Source: Octopus sinensis (Eukaryota). Taken from it: a DNA stretch of 64,000 nucleotides. The notes beneath the pieces are model-generated. The model was not told the origin of the DNA and ran no database searches. It saw only the letters and a program-made list of their open reading frames with translations. Positions 1 through 11,680 of the stretch are shown here, piece after piece (position 1 is the stretch's first letter; each line of letters starts with the position of its first letter). The stretch spans positions 85,994,001 through 86,058,000 of the forward strand of contig NC_042997.1 of the NCBI RefSeq assembly GCF_006345805.1, read 5' to 3'. The position numbers were made by a program, and so were the translations under genes.

Positions 1-264
1 ACATCAGTTTTTCCATGTTGGAAAGGGCTTGGTTGGATTGTCATGCTCCATGTAATATTATTGCTGTTTACATTTTACTCTATCGACTGTGAACTTTAAT
101 CATGCTACCAGTACCAGCAACATTGTTCCATGAAAGAAGACATAAAAAATATCTACCCTGTATCAGTTCTTATTTAGACTGACTTCACTCCTAGAAAAGT
201 AACTGGTGATTCAGCCTTCTCTGTCTTGTCTTGCTCATATATATATTGTGTATATGTGTGTGTG

Positions 265-598
265 TGTAAGGGATAAAGACCCCCTTCAATCATGAATGAC
301 CATGGCATTGCACCTAGAAAGTTCCCCTCCAAGGCTATTTATGGAAGATCAACAGTTGCTCATTCATACCCACCATCCATTTCCATGCCACTGATGTTAA
401 CCAAGGGAAAAGCAAAGGCCTATACAGTTTGTTGGCACTAGTAACATCACAACTCATTACTACAGCTGAGAAAACTGGAGCAACATGAAATAAAGTGTCT
501 TGCTCAAGAAAACACCACACAGCCCAGTCTGGGAATCAGACTCACTACTTCATGATTACGAGCCCAGTGCTCTAACCACTGAACCATGCACTTTCAAG
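265..598 (-). mobile_element. tRNA-derived SINE, 'family G' head
   Basis: Minus strand has a tRNA-like head with A/B-box-like motifs followed by GTGTTTTCTTGAGCAAGACACTTTATTTCA. The same head recurs at 24838, 33572, 42072, 48894 and 59865. Confidence 0.75.
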
Positions 599-645
599 CA
601 CACACACACACATGAAAAAAAATCTCATATCTGCTCAGTGCTGCA

Positions 646-696
646 CCCAGTCAGATTCTCAGATGTATTTCTAGCTCTTTAGCTATTATCAATGGG
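646..696 (-). ncRNA. Degenerate type I hammerhead-ribozyme-like motif (U3-A8 variant), copy 1
   Basis: Minus strand reads CCCA-TTGATAA-TAGCT(AAAG)AGCTA-GAAA-T...GAC-TGGG. Stem I (CCCA/TGGG) and stem II are perfect. The cleavage triplet is GAC instead of GUH, so this copy is probably dead. Confidence 0.45.
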
Positions 697-860
697 AAAT
701 ATTGAAGAGAAGGGCTTACACCTTTTACTATAAGAGAATTATTTTTCTCTCCACTGTAACTACTGTGAATTTATCTTTAAAGTTGAAATATGTCACAAAC
801 ATATTTTAACTAACCTAAAGTTCACTTATGCCTAAACACTGTTTGGTGTTCATACTGCTG
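660..860. repeat. Interspersed repeat 'family K' (hammerhead-associated, possibly PLE terminal repeat)
   Basis: GTGAATTT..AGTTGAAA..TTTTAACTAACCTAAA..TATGCCTAAACACTG is shared with 12850-12990, 56610-56710 (inverted) and 56934-57030. Confidence 0.7.
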
Positions 861-861
861 A

Positions 862-895
<34 letters not shown>

Positions 896-920
896 ATGTG
901 TGTGTGTGTGTGTGTGTGTA
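861..920. repeat. (TA)n(TG)n compound microsatellite
   Basis: Directly visible. Confidence 0.95.
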
Positions 921-921
921 T

Positions 922-1400
922 CTCAGCATCATTTAACATCCACTTTTTCATGCTTATGAGGGTCACACAGAACGTGTTGAAGCAGATTTTCTGTTGCTGC
1001 TGGATACCTTTCTCGTCATCAACCCTCGCCTGTTCTCAAATGAAGTAGTATTTCTCCATGTCCTAGGGTGGTGAGCTGGCAGAATCACTAGTATACCAGA
1101 CAAAATGCTGAGCAACATTTCATTCGTTTTTACATTCTGAGTTCAAACTCTGCTGAGGTCAACTTTGTACTTCCATAAGTACCAGTACTCAACTTGTACT
1201 TCCATAAGTGCAAGTTGAGAACTGGGGTCAATGTAATCAACTTGTGCCCACCCCTGAAATTGCTGGCGTTGTGCCAAAATGTGAAACCAATATTTCTCCA
1301 TGCCCTGATATGCTTTCACAGAAGATTGGAAATATATGATACCTCCTGAATGATGTCAATGTATGAAACTATCACATAATGTCAAGACAAACTATCACAA
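922..1400 (-). mobile_element. SINE 3' part with RTE-like tail, interrupted by the SINE at 1065-1290
   Basis: Reverse complement of the 'C-tail' module seen at 32060-32290 and 40400-40540. It resumes after the nested insertion. Confidence 0.65.
1065..1290 (+). mobile_element. SINE 'family A' nested in an older SINE, with 16-bp TSD
   Basis: GAGCTGGCAGAATC...GAGTTCAAACTC...GTGCCAAAATGTGAAACC. Flanked by TATTTCTCCATG(T/C)CCT at 1049-1064 and 1291-1306. Carries an internal ~29-bp tandem duplication (ACTTTGTACTTCCATAAGT). Confidence 0.85.
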
Positions 1401-1685
1401 ATGCATGCATTCACGCAATTACATATACACGTACTACATGTGTGTGTGTGTGTGTCCATGTATTGCATTAATGCTTAATCACTATAAAAATATACTTGTT
1501 GAATTTAAAATCTCTATTATTTGGCATAGGATTAAATTAAACTCCAATATATTATTTCAATGCAATATCCATAACAACCATGTGTTTGCATAGAGTTTAA
1601 ATTGGCTAAAATAAATGTTCAGGGCAAAATATTTAAAAGAAAATACACACACATGCCTACACACACACATGCATACACACATGTA

Positions 1686-2035
1686 TATACTCTTTTACTT
1701 GTTTCAGTCATTAGACTACAGCTATGCTGGGGCATCACCTTGAGGAATTTTAGTCAAACTAGTTGACCTCAGTATTTATTTTCTTTTTAAGCCTAGTACT
1801 TATTATATTAGTCACTTTTGCCAAACTGCTAAGTTACAGGATTTAAAGACACCAACAAGGTGTTTTCAAGTGGTGGTGGGCAACAAACACTGACACAAAG
1901 ACATGTACACACACACACACACATGATGAGCTTCTGTCTCTTTTTGTCTACCAAATCTACTCACAAAGCCTTGGTCGGCCCAAGGTGCCATGGAGTGGGA
2001 GTAAACCTGGAACCATGTGGTTGGAAAGAAAACTT

Positions 2036-2040
<5 letters not shown>
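1686..2040 (-). mobile_element. SINE 'family B' (near full length)
   Basis: Reverse complement of the element at 61201-61562 (CCAAAGCCTTGTGAGTAGATTTGGTAGAC core; ATGACTGAAACAAGTAAAAGA tail). Confidence 0.8.
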
Positions 2041-2085
<45 letters not shown>

Positions 2086-2313
2086 CATATATATATATAT
2101 ACATGAAACTGGGTTCCATACAGTTTCTGTCAAGCAATTGTTCTCACAAGACATTGGCCACGCCAAGGCTACTCTTGAAGGCACTTGTGCAAGGTACTAT
2201 TTCATGAAATAGAACTCATAGTTGCAGAATCAGCTTTGTACCCACACAACCATAACCTGCACCTATGCACACACGTGTGTATGTCTATGTGCATATGCAT
2301 GTGTGTGCTAACA

Positions 2314-2352
<39 letters not shown>

Positions 2353-2405
2353 TTGTGTATATATATACATATATATATAATGTTTGTGACAATAAATGAG
2401 AAAAG

Positions 2406-2457
<52 letters not shown>

Positions 2458-2460
2458 TGC
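2040..2460. repeat. (TA)n tracts flanking a second family-B SINE fragment (2105-2272, minus)
   Basis: (TA)n at 2040-2100, 2318-2377 and 2408-2440, then (CA)n. Confidence 0.85.
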
Positions 2461-3009
2461 ACATACTTTTATTGCACTCACTTTGTCTCCACCTTTCTCT
2501 TTCTCTCTTCATCTTTCTGATGCCATGTCTAGTGTCTTGTACCCTTGAATTTGTGTTTCTTTTTTTATTGTTGCGTTTGTCTTTCCCTTCTTTGCAAAGA
2601 GACCTTTGGCACATGTTCAAGTGAGAGCCAGTGTTTGTTTCATTGTCATAAAATAGATATCTCAATAACTACAAACTAATGTTACTTGTGAAGCTATTTA
2701 TCTATAAAGAGGAAATACATAGTGTGTGCCTCCATACCATACACTGTTCTGGATGGCCCTTTGCCAAGACACCGCTGCACTATTATGCTTCTTTCTGTAC
2801 TTTTTGTGCTATTTTTTGTTTGTTGTTTTTCATTCATTCATTGATATTTTGTTTTCTTTGTGCTAGATTTACTACTCCTTAAACTATGAGCAAGTGAGAA
2901 GAGTCTCTACATTGTGACTTGATCTGCTACAAATAGCAGCCAGATCTACTTGAGATTACATTGCATCTTCTAGATAAAGGAAGGTCACATTGAATGAATT
3001 TCTTCATCT

Positions 3010-3570
3010 CATGGATGATGATGTTGTTAAGAAGTCACTTCCCAATAACAAAGTTTTGTGTTCAACCCCACTACATAGCATCCTGGGCCAGTGTCTTCTG
3101 CTGTAGCTCCAGGTCAAATATATATACATACATGTGTGTGTGCATGTGTCCATCCTTATTTTATGTTGCAAATATGCATCACTGTCATACAAGTGATATC
3201 TTTCATTTTTCCAATTTTCTATGAAAACATATCCGGCCACAGAGAAGTATTAGTTTCAGATTTTGGCACAAGGCCAGCAGTTTTGAGGGAGGTGGTATGT
3301 CAATTACGTCAACCTCAGTGTTCAACTGGTACTTATTTTATCGACCCCAAAAGGATGAAAGGCAAAGTCAATCTCAGTGGTATTTGAACTTGGAATGTGA
3401 AGATAGACAAAATATCACTAAGAATTTTGCCTTGTAGCTTGCTGCCTTCAGCCACAGAAAACAAACATAAAGGGTATCCAGCCATAGAAAAATCTCCCAA
3501 ACCAAAATTCCATCTGATTCCTGCAAAGATGGAAAAGAGGATGATACAATGATGATGATGATGATGATGA
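3010..3570 (+). mobile_element. Degenerate family-B/C-tail SINE carrying a nested family-A SINE (3251-3448, minus)
   Basis: The C-tail is interrupted at ~3250, resumes at ~3449 (AAGGGTATCCAGCCATAGAAAA...) and ends in (GAT)n. Confidence 0.7.
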
Positions 3571-4590
3571 TTAAAAAGGTAGTTCTAACAGTTGGAATGT
3601 CTTTGTTCAATAAATGTTGACCTGAGACTAAGCAACAACAACTAAATAGTAGTGTTGTCGTTTGGTTTTGGGTCAAACCCATGCTGTAAATCTCTAGCCT
3701 AAAGCAATCCAACTGTAACAACCATTCTGATTTTTGTTTATAGAGTGTATTTAGGACTCACTTTTTTCTATTTTAAACATTGGTTGCTATTTATAACAGG
3801 TCATGCAAATACAAAAATGCTCTTTCATTGTGTAACATTCAACGTTAACATTAATTACATCTGACTGTCTACTTCATTATTTCGTGTGTTTGTGTGTAAG
3901 CATAAATATAATTCATATCTATATAATATGTAAGAGTATGTATTTGTGTGAATACATATGAATTTTATATCTATTCATTTGTGTGAGTTTTTGTCTATGT
4001 ATAAACACATTTGCACGTGTGTGTATGTGTGTATTTCCCATTTCCTTCGGTGTAAACCTAATAATTATACTGTATTCGTTCTTGACTTCCATGTTATTTT
4101 CATCATTAATTTTGCACCTATATGCACACATACAATATATATGCTATCATGTTGATATTTTTGTTTTTATTTTTTCTCGTTTTGAACTTCACAAGTGAAA
4201 CAGAGGTGCAACTGTAGCAATCAAATTTACATTAACTATAATTACTCTGTCTTCTAGGTGTTGAAAACTCTGTTCTTTCTCAAGGTTTGGAGTTATTCTT
4301 GTCATGCTAACCAATATATGTATATGTATGTATGTATTTATATATGTATGTATGTATGTATGTACTTAATCATATAAATATGTATATATGTTAAATTGAC
4401 GTCATTATTTTAAAGCAAGTCTAAGACTAACAATGGAAATTTATTCATTGGGGGACTCAATACTGCAAGTGAAATGTATAATAAAATTCATGTTGATTGG
4501 TTCCTGAGGGCTTAATCAACTCATTAATTAGATGTCAGCTCAGTCAATACACACAAATGCATGCATATATACATGCATGAATACATACAC

Positions 4591-4623
<33 letters not shown>

Positions 4624-4764
4624 ATATACCTCATCATCATCATGGATGTTAAATGATGATGATGTACATGAGTATATGTATACACATGTGTGTGTGTTTA
4701 TGTAAATACATATGTATGTGTATTCATATATGAGGTTTTATGTTCTGATGCATGGGGCCCTGAC

Positions 4765-4850
4765 CACCCTTTCTCTCTCTTTCTTTCTCTCTCTCTCTCT
4801 TTCACTTACTCTCTCTCTCTCTTTCTCTTTCTTTCTCTCTTTCTCTCTCT
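4765..4850. repeat. (TC)n / (TTTC)n polypyrimidine microsatellite
   Basis: Directly visible. Confidence 0.9.
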
Positions 4851-5449
4851 CTGCCCTGTCACCCATCATTGCTCTGTCTATGGCACTAGTTGGCTGTTGT
4901 AATCCCCCTAGAGCAGAATGGGCATATTACAACCACCTACCCACCCACCCACTCCCTTTCCTCTCAGAATCACTTCCATTTCTCATTATCATCCCTGACA
5001 ACACCGTTTTCACCAATCACTTCCTTTTCTGACTTCAGCCATTGCCCTCTTCTGCTATACTCTATTCTTAACACTTCTTATGTCTGCTATACACTCTCAA
5101 TAACCTCTTACATCTGCCACCATATTCCACTTACTATATCTCCCTGAGTCACTCCTATATCTCTCACTATCACTCACTACATGCACCTCTATTCCATCTC
5201 CTTCTCTCTTCTGCTTTCTTTCCAGCTTTCCAATTATTCAGCCTTGTACCTTAATTACAAGCCACCTGGGCTAGTTCTTCCCTCACACTCTAACTTCTCA
5301 ACACCTGGCATAAAACCATTACCCTCCTTCTGTCAAATATCACCTCAACAAAGGGTTTTTTTTCCATTCTTTCTTTCCTCCCTTCCTTTTTTTTTTCTCC
5401 TTCCTGTTCTTTTCTTGCCTTGCAAGTTATTTGGCAACCTCACTCATGC

Positions 5450-5640
5450 TAGTGGCACAATAAAAACACCCAGTACACTTTATAAAGTGGTTGGCATTAG
5501 TGGGTGGGGGTGGGGGCATTCAGTTGTAGAAGCCAAGCCAAAACCGAAATTAAGGCTCAACACAGCTTTATTGCTTGTCTGATCCTGTCAAACCATCAAA
5601 CCCATGCAAGCATGGAAAATGGACATTAAATGATGATGAG
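5450..5640 (+). mobile_element. RTE-LINE 3' end / RTE-tailed SINE fragment ('family E')
   Basis: AGTGGCACAATAAAAACACCC...ACCCATGCAAGCATGGAAAATGGACATTAAATGATGATGA. Confidence 0.7.
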
Positions 5641-5871
5641 TATGTGTTTATGTGTGTGTAATGTGCATAAGTGCAAACATTGAAGTCATTCTATTCTAAT
5701 ACAGAAGCTCCTGACAATAATGTAAATGCAGAAATAATGAACACTAGACTCAACTCTTTTACGATTTGTGCTTTATATACATTTTCTCAGAAAAATTGAT
5801 AATGGACCGTTGATTTCAAAAGTTTAAATTTTCTCATTTGATAGCACTTTACGTACAGAAATACTGATTTC

Positions 5872-6065
5872 AAATCTTCAAATTTTGGTGTAAGGCCAGC
5901 AAGTTCAGGGGAGGGGGCTAGTCAATTACATTGACACCATTATTTGACTGGCACTTATTTTATGGACCCCATAAGGATGGAAGGCCAAGTCAACCTCAGT
6001 GGAATTTGAGCTTAGATGTAAAAGCAAACAAAATGCTGCCAAGCACTTTGCCAGCTTGCTACTTT
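5872..6065 (-). mobile_element. SINE family A
   Basis: Reverse complement of the family-A consensus. Confidence 0.75.
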
Positions 6066-6226
6066 CATGTACAGAAATATTAATTTTAATTGAAGTGACT
6101 TTGAGAAAACTCAGGATGCCACTGCCTAGTATTTTAAATCACAAAAGCGAATAAAGAAACAAAAATGCAAGAAAATGTTATTGTGATGAAGGTGTTTTGT
6201 GAAAGACATACATTTCACTTAGTTAA

Positions 6227-6438
6227 CTATTTTGTTGCCAGATTTCTACTTAGATACAATTCCTTCTTATCAATTTATTTAAAACACAATGAAGAATTTA
6301 GTAAAGCATCTTTTGTCATTATTAAGCTTGTGTTTAGCACATAAATTGGTGGAAGTTTTTAATCCAGACAACTTTTAAACAGCAAGTTTGCATTGTATAT
6401 AACCAGAAGTGGTCTCAGGCAATTTGGTAGGAAAAGTG
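6227..6438. mobile_element. TTAA-flanked MITE family M2 (piggyBac-like, degenerate)
   Basis: TTAA at 6223-6226 and 6439-6442 with degenerate terminal inverted repeats. Related sequence at 59030-59234 (opposite orientation), 27590-27690 and 33925-34050. Confidence 0.55.
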
Positions 6439-6677
6439 TTAATGTAGATCTAAACAGATTATAATGCTAGATTTAGTGAAAAAGCTCACATTGTATTTGA
6501 TGAAAACAAATGGTGAAAGGAGATTAACCAATGTTGAGCTCACAATATTTCATACTTAGTGAACTACTTTTGGGAAATAGAAAAAGACTGTTGAAGAAAC
6601 TGTATATGTGAGTGTATGTAATAAAGCTTATCAGTGACCTTCTACATTTTTGGACATAGAATGTCCAAAATTTAAAT

Positions 6678-6845
6678 GGGTGCAGGCAGGCTGTTGGGGT
6701 TAAGAAGTTTGCTTCATAACTATGTTGTTTTAGGTTCAGTCCCATCACATGGCACCTTGGATAAATGTTTTGTTATAGCCCTGGATCAAACAAAGTCTTG
6801 TGAGTGGATTTGATACATGGAAACTGAAAGAAGCCTATTGTAACA
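6678..6845 (+). mobile_element. SINE family B
   Basis: GCAGGCAGGCTGTTGGGGTTAAGAAGTTTGCTT...GGTTCAGTCCC...GTGAGTGGATTTGATACATGGAAACTGAAAGAAGCC. Confidence 0.8.
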
Positions 6846-7009
6846 TGTTATATGTGCATAGTTATTGTTGTTTTTGTTCTTTTTGTTGCTGTCTTGCTGC
6901 TAATGTTTCTCCTTCTGGTGTTGTTGTTGAGTAGTTCTATAGCAAATTCTGTTTGAATAAACAGATTTAGACTTATTAATATTTCTGACAATCAAGAATT
7001 CTAACCATG

Positions 7010-7227
7010 GGAAGGCAGCAAGCTATCAGAACCATTAGCATGCTAGGAAAAAATCTTAGCAGCATTTCATCCCTTTCCATTCTGAGTTCAAATGTCATCA
7101 AGGTCAGCTTTGCTCTTCATCCTTTTGGGCTTGATAAAATAAGTACCAGTTGAGCACTAGGTTGATGTAAATGACTTAGTCCTCCCGCAAAATTGCTGGC
7201 CTTGTGCCAAAATTTGAAACCAATATT
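7010..7227 (+). mobile_element. SINE family A
   Basis: Full head-to-tail match ending GTGCCAAAATTTGAAACCAATATT. Confidence 0.8.
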
Positions 7228-7715
7228 TCTAACTAAGGTCTTCTTCTTATTCATTGCAAAGCAAGAATGGTTTAGAGACTCTGAGACCAAAAAATCAACA
7301 TGTCAAAGACTAATTTACAATTAGGTCAAAAATACTGAAACCCAGAGCCTACTATAGAAACAAGAGGATATCTGACATTAACATATAGCAAGTACTTCTT
7401 CGGATGTTTTAAATAGATGTACAGAAATATTTAGCAGTAGAGTGGCTCATAAAATGAAAATGATGAACTGCTCAGGAAGAGATACTTTGAAAAACAATTG
7501 GTAATTTATGTTACCTTCGTGATTTAAAACCAACACTAGTCCAGTTTTGTTGTGGTGTGGTGCAGTAGCATATGGTGGTTGTTGTATTGAGTGTGCTGCC
7601 ACACCCAATGCCACCAAATTTCAAGCAAGGGTATGACAACAGTTTTCCATTAAAATTTGTGATTAAATTAATGAGTAAGGTTAATATTCATAATGACTGG
7701 AATATATGCCCCTGG

Positions 7716-7890
7716 TGTAGTGGCTTGTATGTGCCAATGACCCTGTGAGCTATGATAGCAGAACACAAGCATTTGGTATTGCCTCCCATGCTGGACAGGC
7801 CAAAGGAAAGAAGCCTAATATGGACCTCACCTGTTCCCGGAGGTAAAAATGGTTTTGCATAGGGCTAAGATGTCTATCTAGAAAAGATGC
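7716..7890 (+). mobile_element. RTE-clade LINE 5'-UTR relic
   Basis: GGCTTGTATGTGCCAATGACCCTGTGAGCTATG...CCCATGCTGGACAGGCCAAAGG...CATAGGGCTAA resembles the conserved RTE/Expander 5' region (recognised from memory). Confidence 0.5.
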
Positions 7891-8009
7891 AAAGTAATAG
7901 AAACATCAGTGGCAATTTCAATCCAAGACCAGGGAGAGAAAGAAAAAGGCATCCCAGAGTCAAGAACAGTAGAGAAAAGTCATTGATGGCTTACACTCAA
8001 TAAGGAACA

Positions 8010-8200
8010 AAGGGAGCTTAAGTAGGTAAGTAGTCTAAAAGCTGAGTAGGTTTCTGTATGATTACTTAGTCTGCTGGAAATAGTTGCCAAATCTCTCTCA
8101 ATTCACACCTTAGTGTAAGAATGGAGATATTAAACAATGTACTCCTGATATAGAAAAAGGTGGAGTGGTGTTCATGGCTGGAATGCCTTTGATCAACATT
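8010..8200 (+). mobile_element. Interspersed repeat 'family I' (probable SINE tail module)
   Basis: CTGGAAATAGTTGCCAAATCTCTCTCAATTCACACC...CATGGCTGGAATGCCTTTGATCA. Further copies near 2880, 8340 (minus), 46940 (minus), 52560, 52860, 61800 (minus) and 63540 (minus). Confidence 0.65.
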
Positions 8201-9934
8201 GCAAAAAAACAAAAAACAAATGGTACTGGAGTGGGTGTATTGAGTTCAAATAGTTTTCAAGAACAGGTTAGTGTTAAATCTTTACAAAATGTCTTAACAT
8301 AATTGTGTAGGTTCTTAACGACTCCATCTTATTCTATATCAAGAATTTATTGGCTAATGTATCCTTTCTCACACTTAGGTGTGATTTGAAGGAGATTTGG
8401 CTACTAAACTTTGGAGAATGGCTTTGGTAAGGTTTGGAGAAAGATTTTAATGTGAAGGTTTGGGAAATCAACCTCTTGTTTACAGAAATTTTGTCTAGAG
8501 GAAGGGTAAGGGAAACACAAGGTGGTTGTGTGTATGTCTTCAGGAAGTGTAAATTCCTGTTCATTGCTACCAATAAATATGTCTAGCAACAGTCAAGTGA
8601 AACTAGTGAAACAATAAGAGAGCCAATTCTGTCTTTTTCTAGTACACCAAAAATAAACAAACTAGTCATATCAATAAAAAGAAAAAGAAAGGAAAACCAT
8701 AAAAATATATACTTGGAGTCCTCTTTCTATTGATTTGTTGGTAAAATATTAATGGCCCTTTTCTGGAAAAGGAAACAAAAATAAAAGTAAAATGAGGGAG
8801 TAAAGAAGATAGGTGATAGGACATAATGCTAAAAGAAATGGTTTCTCTTTTGTTTTCAGAAGTAAAATATATTCAATATTTTACCATTCTTTTCTCATCT
8901 ACTTTTTTATATCTATTCTTTAACCATCTCCCCTCTTCTTCATATTCTTTAAATATTAATTTTTTGTTCCTTGTTTGTCCAATTTTTTTCTTTTTTTTAT
9001 ATCAAGTGATCTAACTCTTTTATAGTTCAGGGAGACTTTAATGTTCATTAAGTGCTGAAAGAGTGTTATCAATAATGAGTACTAGAATCTCTTTTTCTTT
9101 ATCTATGTATTTATATATTTACAATTATTTTACCTTTTTTTATATTGTTTCCTGTTTTTTTTTCTGCTTCGTTGTTGCTTTTTTTTACCCTGCCAATTCA
9201 ACAATATTTCACTATCTTTGAAAGACTGCCATTTTGTGTGTATGTGTGTGTGTCTGTGTGGTCTGAAGTGGTGTGGTTCAGGTCTTTGTAATATTTTACT
9301 CACAGAATTGGACAATAAAAAAATATTTGCACAGAAAAAGAAAACAACAACAGGCAATATATTTCTAATATTCACCTTCTCCAACCACATTGTTGTTACT
9401 ACCCACCTCCTCCTTCTTCATGTTGTTGTTATTATTATCATCGTCATCATCATGTACTTAGGTCTACAAATTCTTGATAATAGAGAGACATTACAACACA
9501 ACAAACCATCTCAATAATGGATGATGCTAAACTTGGCAGCTTACAACAGGCATTAGCTCATTAATACTTGTAAATAGTAATGGATGTATCTAAATCATTG
9601 AATTGTTTTGTTGTTGCTGCTATTTGTTTTTCTTTTTAATTTTATATATATTTTTTTGGTGGCAGGGATGGTGGGTGGGTGCATATTTCGACACTTGTCT
9701 CTTAATGGTTTCTAACATAGGTTGTGCAATAAAAGAGACAAAAAAACAATTCTTTGAAGTGTTACCAATTGATTTTATCACCCCAAAATCCTGTTTTATA
9801 ATGTGTATATAATGTATATATGATATTATTAGGGGTATCTTTCCTTTGTTACACTCTGACTCTGTGTGTGTGTGTGTAAAGAAAGAGAGAAAGAGACCAC
9901 TGTTGATATGTAGAAGTGTATATATATATATATA

Positions 9935-10817
9935 TAGGGTAATTGAAAAGTAATTCCCTATTTTAAAATACTTATAATCTATTTATTAACTATAATTTTT
10001 AGAAAAATTGAATATGTGAAGAAAACGTATAGCATGGAGTTTTATTTAAAGTTTTGATATAGGCACCAGCATTTGCCACCAGCTTCTCAAGTCACTCAGG
10101 AACTGCAACAACTGATTTCATCAGGAACTTTTGAGTGAGGAAGATGTAACTTCTCGTATTTACCATTCAAGTTCTTCCAAAGTCATTGGTTTGGTAGAGT
10201 AGACTTGCAAAGAAAAAAGTTGCAGGGTGTTAAATCAAGGCTTCTGGCCAACCAATCATGCAGACCTCAATGACCCATCCATCTCCCAGGGAAGTGAGTA
10301 TTCAGCCATTCACAAACAACAATAGCAAAATGGAGGAGCACCATCTTTCATAAAAAATCAAATCTTCAATATTCTCCCAAGTACTGATAACTGGACAAAT
10401 TTCATCTTGCAGTATGCTGAGGTACCTTTCAGTATTCATGGTATTGCAAAGGATGAAAGGACTAACAATCCTGTTCAAAGTCATTCCACACCATACCATT
10501 ACCTTGGACCGATTCTGCATTTTTTCAGAGGTAATACGAGGATCTTCTTCTGCCCAGTAGTGGTAGATGTGACAGTTCACAAACCCACTGATGTGGAATA
10601 TTGCTTCATCACTCGAAAGGATATTTTTAAAGAGATCACACCATGTTTATTGGGCTTCTAAATTTCAATCAAAATAATCGATCTGAAAAAAGAAAACAAC
10701 AATATAGAATCGATTCCCATACATTAAAAAACATACACAACAAATTTGAGAAAAAATTATAGCTAATAAATAAATTATGAGTATTTTAGAATAGGGAGTT
10801 ATTTTTCAATCACCCTG
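9935..10817 (-). mobile_element. Internally deleted Tc1/mariner-superfamily transposon, DD41D (rosa/Visitor-type)
   Basis: 66-bp TIRs at 9935-10000 and 10752-10817 (CAGGGTGATTGAAAAATAACTCCCTATT..., ~8 mismatches) in TA/TG context. The broken transposase reads ..ILSSDEAIFHISGFVNCHIYHYWAEEDP..KVMVWCGM..; DGAPP(H)FA..FPGRWMG..WLARSLDLTPCNFFL, with 41 residues between the 2nd D and the 3rd catalytic position (D>N). Confidence 0.9.
10190..10640 (-). pseudogene. Transposase catalytic-domain pseudogene (frameshifts, stop codon, N-terminal HTH region deleted)
   Basis: ORF 10302-10580 plus adjacent frames. Confidence 0.85.
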
Positions 10818-11449
10818 TGTGTGTGTGTGGGGGGATGCATGCCTGCATGCATATATCCCACTGTTTTAACCAGGATCTCAGAAGGTCACTATGCACTTCT
10901 TTGCATTGTTGTAGTTTTGAATGCTGCCACTCCACTGGCAAGGTAGGCAGGCCAGTATTTCCCCTGACTAGAAAACCAGTCTATGACAGAAGTACCCATT
11001 TACAAATGAAGCATTTTGCTCAATAAAATACACTGTCAGTCTGGAAATGGAAACCACAATCTTGCAATTGCAAGTGCAGCATCCTAAACATAAGGGCTGT
11101 GCACCTTCTCTCTCTCTCTCTCTCTCTCTGTTCAAAATGCAGAGTAGATAAAACAGTGGACAACTGATGAAGAGAATGTTCTTTATGTTGCCTGTCTCGT
11201 TTCTGTATTTGTTTCTTTCATTGTTTGAAAAACAAGTTCGTTTTCCATGTTTTTGTTTTTTATGTTCTCATTTCTCATTTTGTTCACATTTTTTTTGACA
11301 CTCTGTACCTATATATGCATGTATATATATACATATATATGTAGGTATGTACATATATGTACGTATATATGCATATATATATGCATATATATATATATTA
11401 TTTATATTATTATATGATCGAATATCATGCATCCATTTCTAAGTAAGTT

Positions 11450-11543
<94 letters not shown>

Positions 11544-11545
11544 AA
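11450..11545. repeat. (TATC)n(TA)n(TG)n compound microsatellite
   Basis: Directly visible. Confidence 0.95.
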
Positions 11546-11680
11546 TTGGCATTAGGAAGGGCATCCAGCTGTAGAAACTCTGCCATATCAGATTGGAGCC
11601 TGGTGCAGCCTCAGTCAAACTGTCCAACCCATGCCAGCATAGAAAGCGGACATTAAACGATGATGATGAGGTTGATGATG
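11545..11680 (+). mobile_element. RTE 3' end fragment (family E)
   Basis: TTGGCATTAGGAAGGGCATCCAGCTGTAGAAAC...CGGACATTAAACGATGATGATGA. Confidence 0.8.
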
